Source: Spizellomyces punctatus DAOM BR117
Lineage: Eukaryota
DNA: 64,000 bases
Assembly: GCA_000182565.2 (NCBI GenBank)
Contig: KQ257455.1
Strand: one strand, 5' to 3'
Shown here: piece by piece, positions 39,208-52,400 of the stretch
Numbering within the stretch: the stretch's first letter is position 1
How the letters are laid out: the number at the start of each line of letters is the position of its first letter
Translations under genes and position numbers: made by a program
Notes under the pieces: generated by a model
Databases searched by the model: none
Seen by the model: the letters and a program-made list of their open reading frames with translations, nothing else
What the model was told of the DNA's origin: nothing

Positions 39208-40057
39208 TCAAATGCAGCCAAAGATCATATCCTCAGGATTTAACCTGAAAGACCATCCCTCTTCGCGACCGCGAGTATTCATGGTATCGAGTTCGTGTTC
39301 ATCCGAACTGGAGGTGCTGGGACTGTCAAGATACAAATGAACGAAGAGATGGAAGAGGTTAATGCTTTCGTCACAAACGTTCTTATGGAGAGGGGGATTA
39401 CATCCGCGGGCACTTTTTTAGTTGAAGGGGAGAGACTCACCGCAACCCACGATCAGCCTGTGCTTTTGCATTTTCCAGTTACGAAAATGCGAGTAAAACT
39501 GCCATCTCTGCCACTTGTCTTTACACAGTCAAGACCCCATATTAACAAATGTAGAATGGAGTTTGTGAGGACTCTGGGTAAACATGGCAAAACGGCAAGG
39601 AGATCATTGCCCCTCCGATGACACCCCTCATGACCGTTGATGTCTCCTGTTAGGCAGACATGCCTTTTACTATGGCTGGTACCTTGGGCACCGATCACGT
39701 ATCCGGTCGTGATGTCCTACTTCCCGCAAGCGTCCAAGAAATACTCCATCCTTTCTTGCACCAGGATGCTATCTCCCCCCCTCTTTAGTGTTAGGGAAAT
39801 CCAAAATGTCAAGTCTTTAGTGCCCACCTCTGTTCTTCGCCGTATGACGAGTCACTGTTTCGCTTGTAGCTCACAGGACGTGTTTGCAAACCGGGGCTTG
39901 CGGAAGACTGAACAGGAAGAATTCCGGCGCCGACAGAAGTGACCGCCCCTCCGGGATGTTGAGCGTCTTGAGGGTGACGAGTGAGATACATGGCTGCGGC
40001 TGCTCCAGCCGTGGCACATCCAGCTGCAACGAGGAAAGGGGCAGCAGGGCCGGGCAT
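39208..40057 (-). CDS. Small orphan protein with N-terminal hydrophobic anchor (about 115 aa)
   Basis: MPGPAAPFLVAAGCATAGAAAAMYLTRH...YGEEQ|SPSTSSSDEHELDTMNTRGREEGWSFRLNPEDMIFGCI* using the phase-2 intron 39827-39323. A TATA box lies upstream. Confidence 0.5.
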
Positions 40058-40195
40058 GTTTGATTTCAATAATGTGGTAGTAGCAAGTGTTGTAAATTAC
40101 AACCTTGAGAGATTTGTACGAAAATGCGCCAAGCTTAAAATATTTGAGAACAAAAACAAATAATTACTGGAAGAGATGATGCCAGAAAATCCATG

Positions 40196-40212
40196 CTTTT
40201 ATATCTGTTTAC
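40196..40212 (-). promoter_or_regulatory. TATA box with adjacent forkhead-type motif
   Basis: Minus strand reads GTAAACAGATATAAAAG about 140 nt upstream of ATG 40057. Confidence 0.4.
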
Positions 40213-41685
40213 ATGTTTCCATGCAATTCCAATGAGCGCATAGGCCTTATCAGCAAAAAACGCGGAACGACGAGCATCAGCTGCCCTCGAGTACCCTTGT
40301 CGTTTGGAGGCTTGTTGTGTGTCCGCGTGCCTGTGCAATCCCAACATATCGGAGATATCTTTATTTGACAGCTGCCACATGAATACGACATTGTAAAGAA
40401 AGGTTCGTTCTTGTTTCACGCACATGACGAGGAGGAGAGTGTCCACCCAATACCCTACTCGCCAAAGGGTTTTTTGGTCCTGTCCCCCCCAGTCGCGTTC
40501 CCTGCACCAAAACAATCCTTCCAACGCGTTCGTGTCAGCCGGGGGGGTTGAACAACAGGCGGGGGGGCAGAGCGTTTGTGTTGCTCGCATGTCCCCCCTT
40601 CCTTCGTTCCTGTTGCCCTCCTTCTTTTTGTTGCTGCAGAGTGGACAGCCTTGAAACTGTCCTCGAGGGTAGAAGTCCACACTTGCGTCATTTTGCTTTG
40701 GGAGGGCAGTCAATGAGATAACCACGAGATATAGCAAGCCAGCGCCTGGATTTCCTGGGGAAGCCAACTTTTGCTAATGTCCAGCATGTCGATGTCGGTC
40801 TCCCTTTGGAGACGGCACATTATTCGTGCTATGTTTATGCCACTCTTCTTATCGTGAATCAATAATGAAAACCTGTCCATGGAAGAGCATTCTTGTCGAG
40901 TTTGATGAATGTTGTCATAGCTTTTGATAAGATAAGTTCACATGGTGCATTCTTGCCTGCTTCTTCTTTTCTGTTGCAGCCAGGCGAAGGGTAGCAAAGG
41001 CATTGTCTTTTGTTTGTCTAAGCGCTGTTTGAACGTCCTTATTCAGATTACCATCGCAGATATCTGAAATGGAAAGCGCCAAATGTGTGCATCCCCGAAA
41101 CGCGAGCATAAACAATGCAGAATCATGTTTTAGGATATTAACAATGCTTTCTTGACAAACATCTCTGCTTCAAAAGCATCAGCATTCTCCCTAATACAAA
41201 TGGTTTCCCTAACAAGCCCTGATCACTTGCTGCTTGAGTGGCGATGATTCGTCCATGTTATGTTTCGATTTCTGCGTTTTGGCGGGCGTGCTCGCACATG
41301 TTCGCTGTCGTCACTATTTTGCATTTGCACACATGCCTAGCGAGAAAAGTACTCGCTACTCATGCGCCTACCCCCTCGCGTTACCTGCCCTGAACACCTT
41401 CCCTTTCCCCCGCGGTTGCATTCGTATCTTCCGGCTTGCATTCCCCATTGATCCTTCTGGCTTATTCTCAAACAGAGCAAGAGATGAACTTGTTTATCCA
41501 TCTACTTGTAGCTACCTGATGCCCTTGTGCCTTGCTCTTCACTGTCGCGAATTCCGGCCCGCTGACGCAATCATTATCCGTATTTATCCACATTCCAATG
41601 AGCATTACATAATCTTTGCATCTTTTGTACTGGATCTACCAAGGACAAAGGTGCACCAAAATTCCAACCTTCTTTAACCTTGTCC

Positions 41686-44238
41686 ATGACGACCGCAGCC
41701 GACTTGAACCCCACAGTCGACAAGTCAGCGCCAGTTATCAAACGACTATATGTCGGTGGGCTTAAATACGACGTGGACAAAGCAGATTTGGAAGCCCGTT
41801 TCAAGAGTTTTGGCAATGTGCTGTCGGTTGACTTGCCTGGTGGAGGACCGTTGGGGGGCTCACGAGGGTTCGGATTCATTGGATTGGAAACGACGCCATC
41901 GGCACTAGCTAGATGTAAATGACACCTGCATGTCATTGGAACGCCAACTCGGTGCTCACTGCTCTTCTGTCCCCTAGGTCTTACGCTCTACAATGGTACG
42001 AAGTGGAAGGGCATGCAGTTGCATATAGAGGAGGCCAAGCAAGATTATATGACAAGGTTCGCTAATGGCAGCATGACAAGATGTGATTTTCAGCGTACTT
42101 TTTCTCACATGGGTTGGCAGGTTGAAGCGAGAGTGGGCAGAAAAGAAGGTGCAGGATGAAGCAAGGGCGAAGGGTGAAGTGCAGATCAGCAATAAGAAAC
42201 GTAAGCGGAAGGCAGTGGAAGTAGCATTGGACATGAATTTGGTTACAGATCGAAACGCAAAAAACCGGAAGGTGGGCACAGCACATAAAGTAACCTGCAG
42301 CCCATCCTCCTCACGTCCATGATATCCGACCTAGGGATGGAAGAATTCGCGTTTCAATCGGGCTGTGGCCGTTTTCCACTATAGGGACAAATTGACTGGC
42401 AAGGTACGTTAGGATAGATGGTTCCCAGCACCGTTGCATTAGTGCGACATCGTTTTCATTCAACACCTTGCAGATTGTCACTGTTGATCCGCTCAGATAT
42501 AAAGATAACCTGAAGAGACCGGAAAGCTATGCGAAATTTACTCCGGTGGCGCGTCTGACGTGGCCCAGCGATGACATTGTTGCCCCACCTCGTCGTGCAT
42601 CAATTGGAACATCGTCCACGACTGTTGACAACATCAGCGTGCCTGCGGTAAACTGGATCGACGATAAACAAACTGCACTCTCGGAAGAGTCAAAGGAGGA
42701 CTCTGCAGATGAGGATGATTTTGCCCTACCCACACGCGGAGGCCTATTTGACTCTACGGACGACGAGGACGGCTCCGATAAGCAAGATTCTGATGATGAA
42801 AGCATAGACTTTAATAGACTAGCAACGATGGAGGTGGATGGAATAGATCCTGTAGATACAGCGGCAGAAGATGATGCATTTGAGACCGTCACATCAACCC
42901 ATATACCAGCCCCTCTTCCTGCTGGCTTGTCAGATGATGATGAAGACGATGATATAATACCTACCGCGCCCCTTCCACCTGTGGAAGCTGCAGCGGCTGG
43001 GGACCCAGATGTAGGAAATAACCTGGCAAAGGAACGATCAAAACTGTTGGGTCTGGCGAAATTCATCATTGGCAATGATTCTTCGGCTCAGCAAGACAAT
43101 ACAATGGCTACGGTGGATTTTACTATGGATGTGGACGACGAGGAAAGCCAGCGGGGATCTCCGATATCTGAAAAAGGTTCTGACATGAGTGGGAAGGATG
43201 GACAAGGGGCTCCGCGGGATACTATCTCCTCAGACAACGAGACGGATGCTAGTGATAGCGAGGAGACGGAATCTGAAGATCTCTCTGAGGCATCAAGTCA
43301 GGAGGATGTGGAAGACGAAGAATCGGAAAAGATGCAAGGGGATGATGATTCGGATGACGAAGGAAGTTCCGACGACAGCGAATCAGGCGAAAGTGACGTG
43401 ACCGAAAATTCGAGTTCCTCCAGTCAAGTGGTCAAAACCGCAGGTGAAAATATCAGCATACCAGACGCTGCGCCAGAGCACCCACAGAATGCACAAGGTA
43501 TGCACCTGGCTGTTGTTTCTGATACAGTATTTAGTGTTTCTCATCCATCAAGTACGCAGATTCTATACCAGAAAAGGGAGCGTCAGGTCCACCGGCGGAG
43601 CGTCATTACGCCGTGAACACCAATCTTCGCGCACTTGTCTTTGGCACCGACGGTGAGTGAAGTCTGATGTAGCGATTACGCAGAAACTAACATGTCTATT
43701 TGTATACAGGTGCAGGCACCTTTTCATTGTTCGGAGGGAGAACCGCTGACGATCCGACCGAGACTGAAGAGCAGGTGGCTACTCCATCGGCATCAGTACC
43801 CCTTTTTAAATTTGCAGATGCAGGACCGGAATCGGTTCCATATGAGCAAGCGGAAGAGGTGGGCTGGTGATTACCTTCAAAAATCATCTCCAATGTCATC
43901 TAACTATTTCATACAGCCGTACGACGAAGCCGAAGTCAGCAAAAGTTTCGGTACATCAACCATGTTCTTCTTCCATTTAGGGGATGAAGGATTATCACAT
44001 CGGTCAAAGTACGCTCCAGATAAATCGTTTATGCGAACAGAGACTGTGTATGTTGCATGATTTTACATCGAAGAACGCATCATTGTTACTCATGTTGGTC
44101 ACAAATAGGGAAGAAATCAAGTCCCAGTGGGAGCAATTCCGACAGGATTTGACCCATGAGTTTAAGAGCAAGCACAAACTAGCTTCGAGACGCAAAGAGA
44201 AAATGAGACGTCAGCGAGGGAAAATACGTGCTGTGTAG
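41686..44238 (+). CDS. NOL8: Nucleolar RRM protein, NOL8-like
   Basis: RRM KRLYVGGLKYDVDKADLEARFKSFGNV...RGFGFI...YNGTKWKGMQLHIEEAKQDY, a long acidic region, and C-terminal FMRTET|..WEQFRQDLTHEFKSKHKLASRR. Confidence 0.8.
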
Positions 44239-44636
44239 TGTAAATAACGTAGCGCGGATAGTATATATAGATGTAATGGCAATGTAAATGGATTTAGCAA
44301 GTCAACTGTGCGGCGAGGAGGACAATGTACGGAGTCTCAGGCGTAGATGAATGACACATCTCAAGTCTTATCCTTGGTTACTCTCCGCTCTCTCGCTCTT
44401 TGTGGATGTTGTAGGGAATGCAGCCATAAACTTTAGCATTGCCTTCCTCTGTTATCCACATGTGTTCCAACGTCAAACACGCGATAGCCAGCAGATTGTA
44501 CAGATTTGACTATTAATAAAAAAGGTATCAATCAAAAAGCCGTCGAGCAATCTTCGCCCCCCGTTCGTCTTCGTCACCTGCTTAACCCACCAGTACGATC
44601 AATGATGGCAGACCTCTGATGAATTCCATCACATGT

Positions 44637-46195
44637 CTATCTACCTTCAAACTCCCCTTTTCGTTTCACCCCTCGCTGCTGCGCACCATTTTCCTGTGGT
44701 TGCTGCTCTCCCTTCCCTTCTTTACGCTTAGCACCCACCCCACCTACATCTCGCGGGAGCTTGTGAGGCGGTGTTGGTCGCGGCAGGTTGCGGAAGTAAA
44801 AGTGTTTCAAAGCCTGGACGGAAATGAGTGTCAATATGATTCCTGGCCGAATGCACCCGTAGTAACATACATCTTCGGCAGTTATTCGCTTCAGGGGATC
44901 AAACAAAAGGAATTGCTCCAGCAAATTTAGAGCGTCCGGCGATGCGGCTGTTAATATGGAACGGAGCGGTGGTTTGGGGTACTGCTGAAATTCAAAATAT
45001 CCGTCCAGCTCCTTCATGCCCTGGAGAATTGCGCCTCATCAATCTGACTTTCCACACGCAGGGCTGCGGAGAGAAGAACCTACAGGCCAGTCTTGCTCGG
45101 TTGGTGTACCAAGAGCTTTAAATATGATCTGTAGTTGGCCAATATCTGAATCTCCCGCCATGAATGGTGTACGCAGCATCAACTCCGCAAATATGCATCC
45201 TACGGCCCACATGTCTATGGCATAACCATAACGCGTGGCGCCTAGTAGAAGCTCTGGTGCTCGATACCATCTCAAACCGAGAATGACTTTTAACACCCGA
45301 GAAAGGACGTTCGAAAAACAATGGACCTCATACCTCGTTACCACGACCGAGGTCATCTTTTTGTGAGGATCTCCATAGTCTCTTGCCATACCAAAATCGG
45401 CAAGCTTGAGCTGCCCATCGCTTGCAAGGAGAAGGTTATTCGGCTTCAAATCCTGCAAATCGTTGGATCTTGTCAGCCCCAAGTGTCAATGAATATTTGA
45501 GAGCACACGGACCCTATGGAGTATAAAGTTGCGATGACAGTGATACAGTCCGCGAAGTGTCATCAACATCCAGCTCTTCACATCGGCGGCGCTGAATACA
45601 ACTGTCTTATTCTTAATGACCATCTCAAGATCTGCGTCCAAGTATTCAAGGACCAGATTGAGATTCGTCTTGTGCGAGAACACATCGATAAGCTGAAGGG
45701 AGTAAGCATAAAAGTGTCGGCGATTATATATGTTTCTTTTTTTGTAGGNNNNNNNNNNNNNNNNNNNNNNNNNNNNNNNNNNNNNNNNNNNNNNNNNNNN
45801 NNNNNNNNNNNNNNNNNNNNNNNNNNNNNNNNNNNNNNNNNNNNNNNNNNNNNNNNNNNNNNNNNNNNNNNNNNNNNNNNNTCATCTTTCTCTTCGGCTT
45901 ATACACACAGTACAGTTAGCCACTTTGTCATTGCCTTGGCAAATTATACTGTATATCACGAGGTGAGGTTCCCACCTTGATCTCCCACCTTCTTATCCTT
46001 TGCCAACCGTTCTCTCTCTCCTGTATGGTCATGTGCCAGCCTTTCTGCAACCTTCTCTTTTCGTATTGGAACTGCCCAACCCAAATACACGGTAGCATAA
46101 GTTCCTTCTCCGACTTTCTTGTCCTTGATAAAGTGTGACCATTTGGATGAGGAGGTCGTTGACCGGAACGACCGCGTGGGTTCTAGATCCGCCAT
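44637..46195 (-). CDS. KIN28: CDK7/Kin28 (TFIIH/CAK kinase)
   Basis: [100 protein letters not shown]. Confidence 0.93.
45749..45881. other. Assembly gap
   Basis: Run of N inside KIN28. Confidence 1.
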
Positions 46196-46283
46196 AACAA
46201 GCAGGACGAATTAAAAATGTTCTTGTGGATGCAGTAAAGTAATGCTGAACCAACGCAAGTTAAACAGCTGCAGGAAGCACGTC

Positions 46284-46308
46284 CACGTGACCATCACTGA
46301 GTCATCAA
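46284..46308 (+). promoter_or_regulatory. Composite E-box + AP-1/Gcn4-like element in the KIN28 / GET2-like bidirectional promoter
   Basis: CACGTGACCATCACTGAGTCATCAA, the twin of the element at 21223-21247. Confidence 0.6.
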
Positions 46309-46359
46309 GATACAATGTTCGAAGTTCCAACTCGTAAAACGTAAAACGATCAACGGAAC

Positions 46360-47528
46360 ATGCCCAGCGACGCAGAAAATCTTCGGTTACGTCGCGAGGC
46401 TCGTAGAAAGAAAATCCTTGTTTCTGGGGAAGATCGCTTAAGTCGAATTGTCAATACCTTTTCTGGTCACCCAACACAACCTTCATCGACCGAGACGGAA
46501 GGAGCGCCCACTGCTTCCGATGTACATCCCGCTGACGAGAATGTACCGACCGCTGCCAAAGAGACGGCGGTACCAAGTGATGATTCTGTAAATGTTGATA
46601 CCCCGGTGAAGCCGATAGATTCAAGATTGCGAGAAAGATTGAAGGCAACAGTTGTCCAATCGCCAAGTGTATCTCGTACCCCAGATAGGAGTACACCTAT
46701 CACTCAGCGAGATGAATCAGAGACGAGCCCGTTGCTGCCATTTGGTGACGATATGTCCTTAGAAGGGAGCCCTGCAGATATCTTTGGAAGATCTTTTCCA
46801 ATTGATGCATTCAGAGAAAGGCTGCTGGCGGAAGCGGGATCCAAAGTGACGGAGCAGGACGAAACCGTGGAGATGCCGGCTCCATCCGCAGTTTCCTCGG
46901 GATCGCGTTTGTTACGCATCATACGAATTGTAAGCGTGGTACTACTTGCTCTGTCCAGTCTTTATATCCTGGTGGTTGAATCGGACGAACTGGACGAGTT
47001 AGTTGGGGAAGATGATAGTTGGGATCCAGAGCATACTCGTCCGTGGAAGAACTGGATGAGAAAACTAGCTGTTTTGGGGTATAAGCCCATACATGAAACC
47101 GGCGAGCTAGAGCTTGGAAATATGCATGTGGTATGTGCCCCATGACTAGCAACGTTCTCCAACTGGTTAATCCCAACCATGTTCTTAACTGTAGCGGCTT
47201 TGGATGATCTTCCTGACCACAGAACTTTCATGGCAAATAATAACTTTTGTATATCGGCAGGTGCGTCAGCGCCGATAACTGGTCTGCGTGGTGTCGCATA
47301 ATTATGGTCTTGGCTAACCAATTCTCTCAACAGCTGAACGCAGACAAAACTCCGCGTGGAGGACTCCTGGAATTAGCCGCCCAACTCGGCTTTCAGAATC
47401 GGCGGCTAGAGTATCTTTTGCAGTCCGTGAATGATTACCGGGTGATATGGGAGTCGTTCATAGAGGATCTTTTTGTGTTCATCTTCATTGTCGGTAGCAT
47501 AATTGGGGTTGCTCTTTTGCTGAGTTGA
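46360..47528 (+). CDS. GET2: GET2/CAML-like tail-anchored protein insertase receptor
   Basis: N-terminal basic motif RLRREARRKKILVSGEDRLSRI, a disordered linker, and C-terminal TM segments ending DLFVFIFIVGSIIGVALLLS*. Confidence 0.7.
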
Positions 47529-47872
47529 GCGTACTACTCCATGTTTCAATGATCCATCATGTATCATATCAAGCTTCAACTTTCAGTACCACAACAATAG
47601 AATGGATTGCAGTCGGACGCGAATTCAATGCACGGACTGGAAGTGTCTTGGTATATTTTCCTTTATTTATTACCAGACTGCTTCCGCCCTTTATGAGGCA
47701 TTCACAGTCTGCAGTGCCACGTAAATATGCCCCTGCCACGTCGATCAACAATTTGTTTATGGGAACGCTACACTGTCAAAAAGAAGAGCCGCGTCAGATG
47801 AGTTCAAATAATGAAGCACAGTCAAACTAACGTACCCATTCAGGTCGACGAGTCGCCAGACGCAGTTTACAT

Positions 47873-48429
47873 CTAGTGGAACTCGAAGCGAGGGTGATCT
47901 GTAAAAGATAATAATGTTAATATCATGTGTAACATGTAAATCACAAAGAGCAACATTCTCGAATACGCACAGTGCTGGTGAATGACAAGCCGCGAAAATG
48001 GGACGAGAAAGAATTGGTGAAGAGTGGTAAGTACAAGCTAGCGACATAGTTCAAATACAGGAAATTTGCGTAAATACTCACGCCGCCCTTGAAGTAAGAA
48101 ATATAGTATCCAACGGGGATCATAACACCAAGGAAGTGCAACACAGGGACGAACGAGTCCTTGGCAATGTAACGCTCGTAGTAGCGACCCCAGAAGGTGG
48201 TGCTGGCGGTTTGCTGCCGGTTACCCTTGGGGATGTGCTGGTAAAAGTACTTCATCTTCTTGAAGATATCAGGGTGCGCCTGGGGGTAGGAAGACTGGAG
48301 TTTGCCGAGTTCCTTGAGCGAAGCGACATTTGGGGGAATCAAGGACGTCTTGGTACGACGGGAGGCAGCCGTGCGAACGGAGCCAGAAACACCGGCAGAA
48401 ACGCGAAGGGATCGTCCGAGGAAGGACAT
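47873..48429 (-). CDS. ATP17: Mitochondrial ATP synthase subunit f
   Basis: Arg/Ser-rich presequence, SLIPPNVAS, FYQHIPKG, YYERY...PVLHFLGVMIPVGYYISYF. C-terminus GG|HY|HPRFEFH* is obtained via a micro-exon. Confidence 0.85.
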
Positions 48430-48629
48430 TGTATGGCAGAGGCTTGCGAGTTGAAAAATGCGAGTTGACGCAGATTTGGAGATGGCCTAGTCGGAAGAAG
48501 CCGCACTTGTTTTCGAGTTTTCGTCGATCGCACACGGAGTCACGTGCTCAGGGTCATTGCCATGACGACGCGGAGTGTGGAACTGAAGCCTTGGGCTCTC
48601 GCGCGAAGATCCTTCTGGCGACTTGCAAG

Positions 48630-49183
48630 ATGGGACGGAAGCAACAGAAAGGCCAGGGCGGTCGCGGAGGAGGAAAGAGCAGTGGTCAAAGAATTGAGCA
48701 TAAAGAAGCGTTTCAGCGCATGAACTTTCTGTATCAAGCTGCTGTTCTCATGGCATCCACACCTGTGGCGACAAGCAGAAACCAAGACTCCACCGCTTTA
48801 ACAAGCGAACCATCACCTAATATCAAACAGAACAAGTGCAATACGATATCCGGACTCGGAAGGTTTTATGCCCATACTCTCCGTCAGGTTGAGCGAAAAC
48901 TAGTTCTGAGATCGCACCCTTATGTGAAGCGAACCATGTGCAAGTACTGTGAAGGTATTCTCCTTTGTGGTGTAACAGCGTCCGTGAGAACTTCAGGTAA
49001 ATAGCCGATATTTATTGGATGCTCTTAGTGTCACAGTCGTCTAACATTGCATTTTCAGCTCGGGGAAAAAATACGTTGATCCAGACCGTCTGCAAAGAGT
49101 GTCAACATGCAAAGTCGTTACCTGTCATGCACAGTAAAGAACTGCACGCCGAACGGGCTGCTGTACAGGATATTGGCAAGTAG
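48630..49183 (+). CDS. RPR2: RNase P/MRP subunit Rpr2/Rpp21/Snm1 (zinc ribbon)
   Basis: QRMNFLYQAA, RFYAHTLRQVERKLVLRSHPYVKRTMCKYC...G, and second CxxC (CKEC) in exon 2. Confidence 0.88.
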
Positions 49184-49416
49184 CAGTGGGAGATACTTGG
49201 CCGGGCGGCAAACCCGTTGCACCAATTTATTTGCAAACTCCCAAAGTACATGTATACTACCTCTCCCTAGCCACGATCCATCATGGAGGGACCAAACCGG
49301 CAAGAGCTGCATGTCCCGGCGACGGAGACCTTGCTTACCCATCTAGAGATTTGTAATGGAGATAGTACGCGGAAATGCCCAAAAGTGACTGTCGTGTTCG
49401 CAAGGGCTGGAAGTTT

Positions 49417-52400
49417 TCACCCTTCTGCCTTGATTGCTGAATCCATCGGGATTTTTGCGTGATCGTCATTATCTTCACGTTGTCCTGAGTCATTCCCACT
49501 GGCCATTGCTGCCACATTATACATCCTTTCGATTCGGTCGTACTCGTGCTGCACTTCTTGCAGCAATTTACGGGATTGTGGGATAAGTTTGAGGTGACCA
49601 GTTGGTGCTGGTGTCTTGAGGAGAGTTGCTATGCAAGTAGCGTATTAATGTTTGCGTAGCGCACCACAACAACCTAATTGTGCGGAGTAAAAAACAAACC
49701 TAAATTTTCTTCGACAACCTTGATCCGCTCGTCTACCCTTTCCATTACCTCCCGCATTTCTGCAAACTCATCCTTTGGTCTCCACTTTCTCGCCGCCCGA
49801 TACTTCTGCATAGACGTTATAGCCGATGGGGTATGCAGTCGCGGCAACGGGTTCTGACCCTCGCCAGAAGCTGTGTCCAATCCTGGAATCAAGTCTGCGA
49901 CCCTTTGTGCCCCTACTTCCTGTGTGGCTTCTTCATTACCCCTCCATCTCCCCATACTCTTCTTCGGGGAAGTCAATGCTGTAATTTTGCGGTGCCTCTG
50001 TCCTTGTTTGCGGCTTGAGGAGAATGTGTGATGCTCGTACGGTTTCTCGATGGCCCTCCAATACGAACTCGGGCTCGTTAGGGCGTATCGGAGGGCACGA
50101 AGGGAGGCTGAGATCGTATTTGGGAATAGATAACTGGTATCTTCGTCCGGTTCTGAGTCAGCGGAGTCGGAGTAGTATGGAGGGGATGAAGTGGATTGGG
50201 AGGAAAGATGCGATGAGCTGAATGGCAGTTGTGGGTTACTGGTGCTTGTGATATGGACGCCGGTGAGAAAGGTGGGATCTTTTGCTGATGGATCGTAGTG
50301 GAGAACGTGTTCGGAAGACTGGAATTCTGGTGGGCATTCTTCGACATTGGACGATCCGTCTGCCTCTTCACCCTGTTCCTCGTCACTCTCCTCAGGTCTT
50401 TCTTTTCTGACCGACATTTCCGCCAGCTCCCCGATGTCCGGTATCCGCCCTCTCCTAATAATATCCTTCACATCTTCTTCTGTATATCTGTATCCTCTCC
50501 GCATCCTCCTCGTAGCAAAAGCGCTTAGGGGCGTGTGCACTTCGCTTACTGTGCGAGGGGCAACATTGTGACCGGGCTGTATGGCTGGTGGTGCATTCTT
50601 GCGGTGAATGTGTGAAAGAAATGATGATGCCGATGGTTTTTTTATGAGGTTTTTTAGTTTGGCAAGGGTGGGTTGGGTGGGCAGCAATGGAAGCGGCGCC
50701 AGCGTGGCGTGGTAGATGGGATCGGCGACGGTTATGTTGTAAAGGGCGGGGAGATCCTTCAAGGGGTTGAAGGCTACATACCCAAGTACTGAAATGCTGG
50801 GCAATGAGTATTTGTATCTTATCGGAAGTCGAACAAACCATCAGAGATTTACCCTCGCCTCCGTCCTCCTTGATTTCCAATCTGCCTTCGGCTGCACGCT
50901 TCATAACAGGGTTCCCTGCCAGATATACCTTTTCCAGCCGTGGTAGTCTCACAATACCCATCAAGTCCTCCATGGTGGATATTAAATTGTGGGTCAGATG
51001 GAGTTCTTCCAACGTGTGGAAGCCATCATACTTGTGCTGTTGCTGAGTGTGCTGGTCGTCGTTCTGGGAAACACGATGCGATAAGAATGAGAGGGTGTGG
51101 ATGCGATTGCGGGTAAGGTCTAGGATTCGAAGACTGGCACAGGTGCTTGGGGTTAGAATTGCTCCATTTCAAAATTGATGATGACTGGTGGTTGCATGCT
51201 TACTTTGGCAGGGCTCCAAGTATTTTGAAAGCCTCAGGACTATTTAATACATTGTTCTCCAAGATCAATACCTCCAACTTTTTAAAGCCGGCTCCTCCTG
51301 GACTTTCCACTGGAAATGGTGGTCGGATAAGGACAAAAGGCGCATCGACAATGACAGACTGCTTGATCTCTTCATGTTGTTCGGGTAGTGGCAGGGTGTC
51401 CGGTACTGGGATGGCCTGAAAGTCCCCTGGTGGTTCGCTGGAATGTGATTGTTCGACAGGGACGATGGCTGGAGCTTCAGTTTGTTCCGCAATGACAGGA
51501 GGTTCTGATTGTGGATTTTGCACCGGGACATCATAGCCTGGTTCAAGATGCTCTTGTCTCTCTACATCGTCTGGCGGTTCAGATTGTTCCAGCTGTTCCT
51601 GCTGCTCTTCACTCTCCATTGGAAAATCTGCCAGTTGTTCCTGCTGCTCTTCACGCTCCATTGGAACATCTGCCAGTTCTTCCTGCTGCTTCTCCTCTCC
51701 TTCTGCAAGACTTTCAATGGATCCTTCATCCATGTTGTCCAACGTTACCGTAAGAGCTCCATCCTCTGCAACAGTGAGTCTTTCCTGGGTGCTCGGACGA
51801 TGCACTTCAGACTCCTGAGGTGATTGCTGCTGCTGATCTTGGTCAGATGACGATGTATTCACCGGTGCTGAATCGTTGGCAGCTGGCTCTGCAGCACTAG
51901 TGGTATCCGTGGGCAGGGGTGCTGCAGCAGCTTCTGATGACACTACGATTGAGGAGTCCGTCTGTTCGTTCGTGGTTGTTGTTTCGGGGGGCGGTGTTGC
52001 GTGTTGTGTCACATTACCTTCCAAGAACCCTTTCTCTAAAGCCTCTAGCTGATACTTTGGCAAGATTCGCTCAATGACCCTATCCCTCCACCGAATCATA
52101 TCCGCGATCTCCACAGGCAGAGATCGAAGATTATTACTTGATAAATCCAAACGACGAAGGTTTGGGAGCGTTGCAAGCACAATAATCCCAGCGTGGGTTA
52201 GGGCATTATATGAGAGGTCTATCTCCTAAATAATTGGGAAAGATGCATGCGTTTACGCCATTTTGTCAGCTGGACGAAAGAATTGTCGGATCTCACCTCG
52301 CACAAGAGAAACCGACCTTCCACTTCCAAATCCAGGTCTTGCACACCATTACATGGCATGACTAGTCTTCTTAGCCCTGGTAGTACTCCCAGCTTTGCAA

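Noticed and set aside
39323-39827. TPP riboswitch in the long intron
   Set aside because: The conserved aptamer core (CUGAGA, AUACC, CUUGAU) was not found, and the host is not a thiamine gene.
40135-40767. 210-aa minus-strand ORF
   Set aside because: Non-ATG start, no recognisable motifs, and it runs through the TATA region of the downstream gene.
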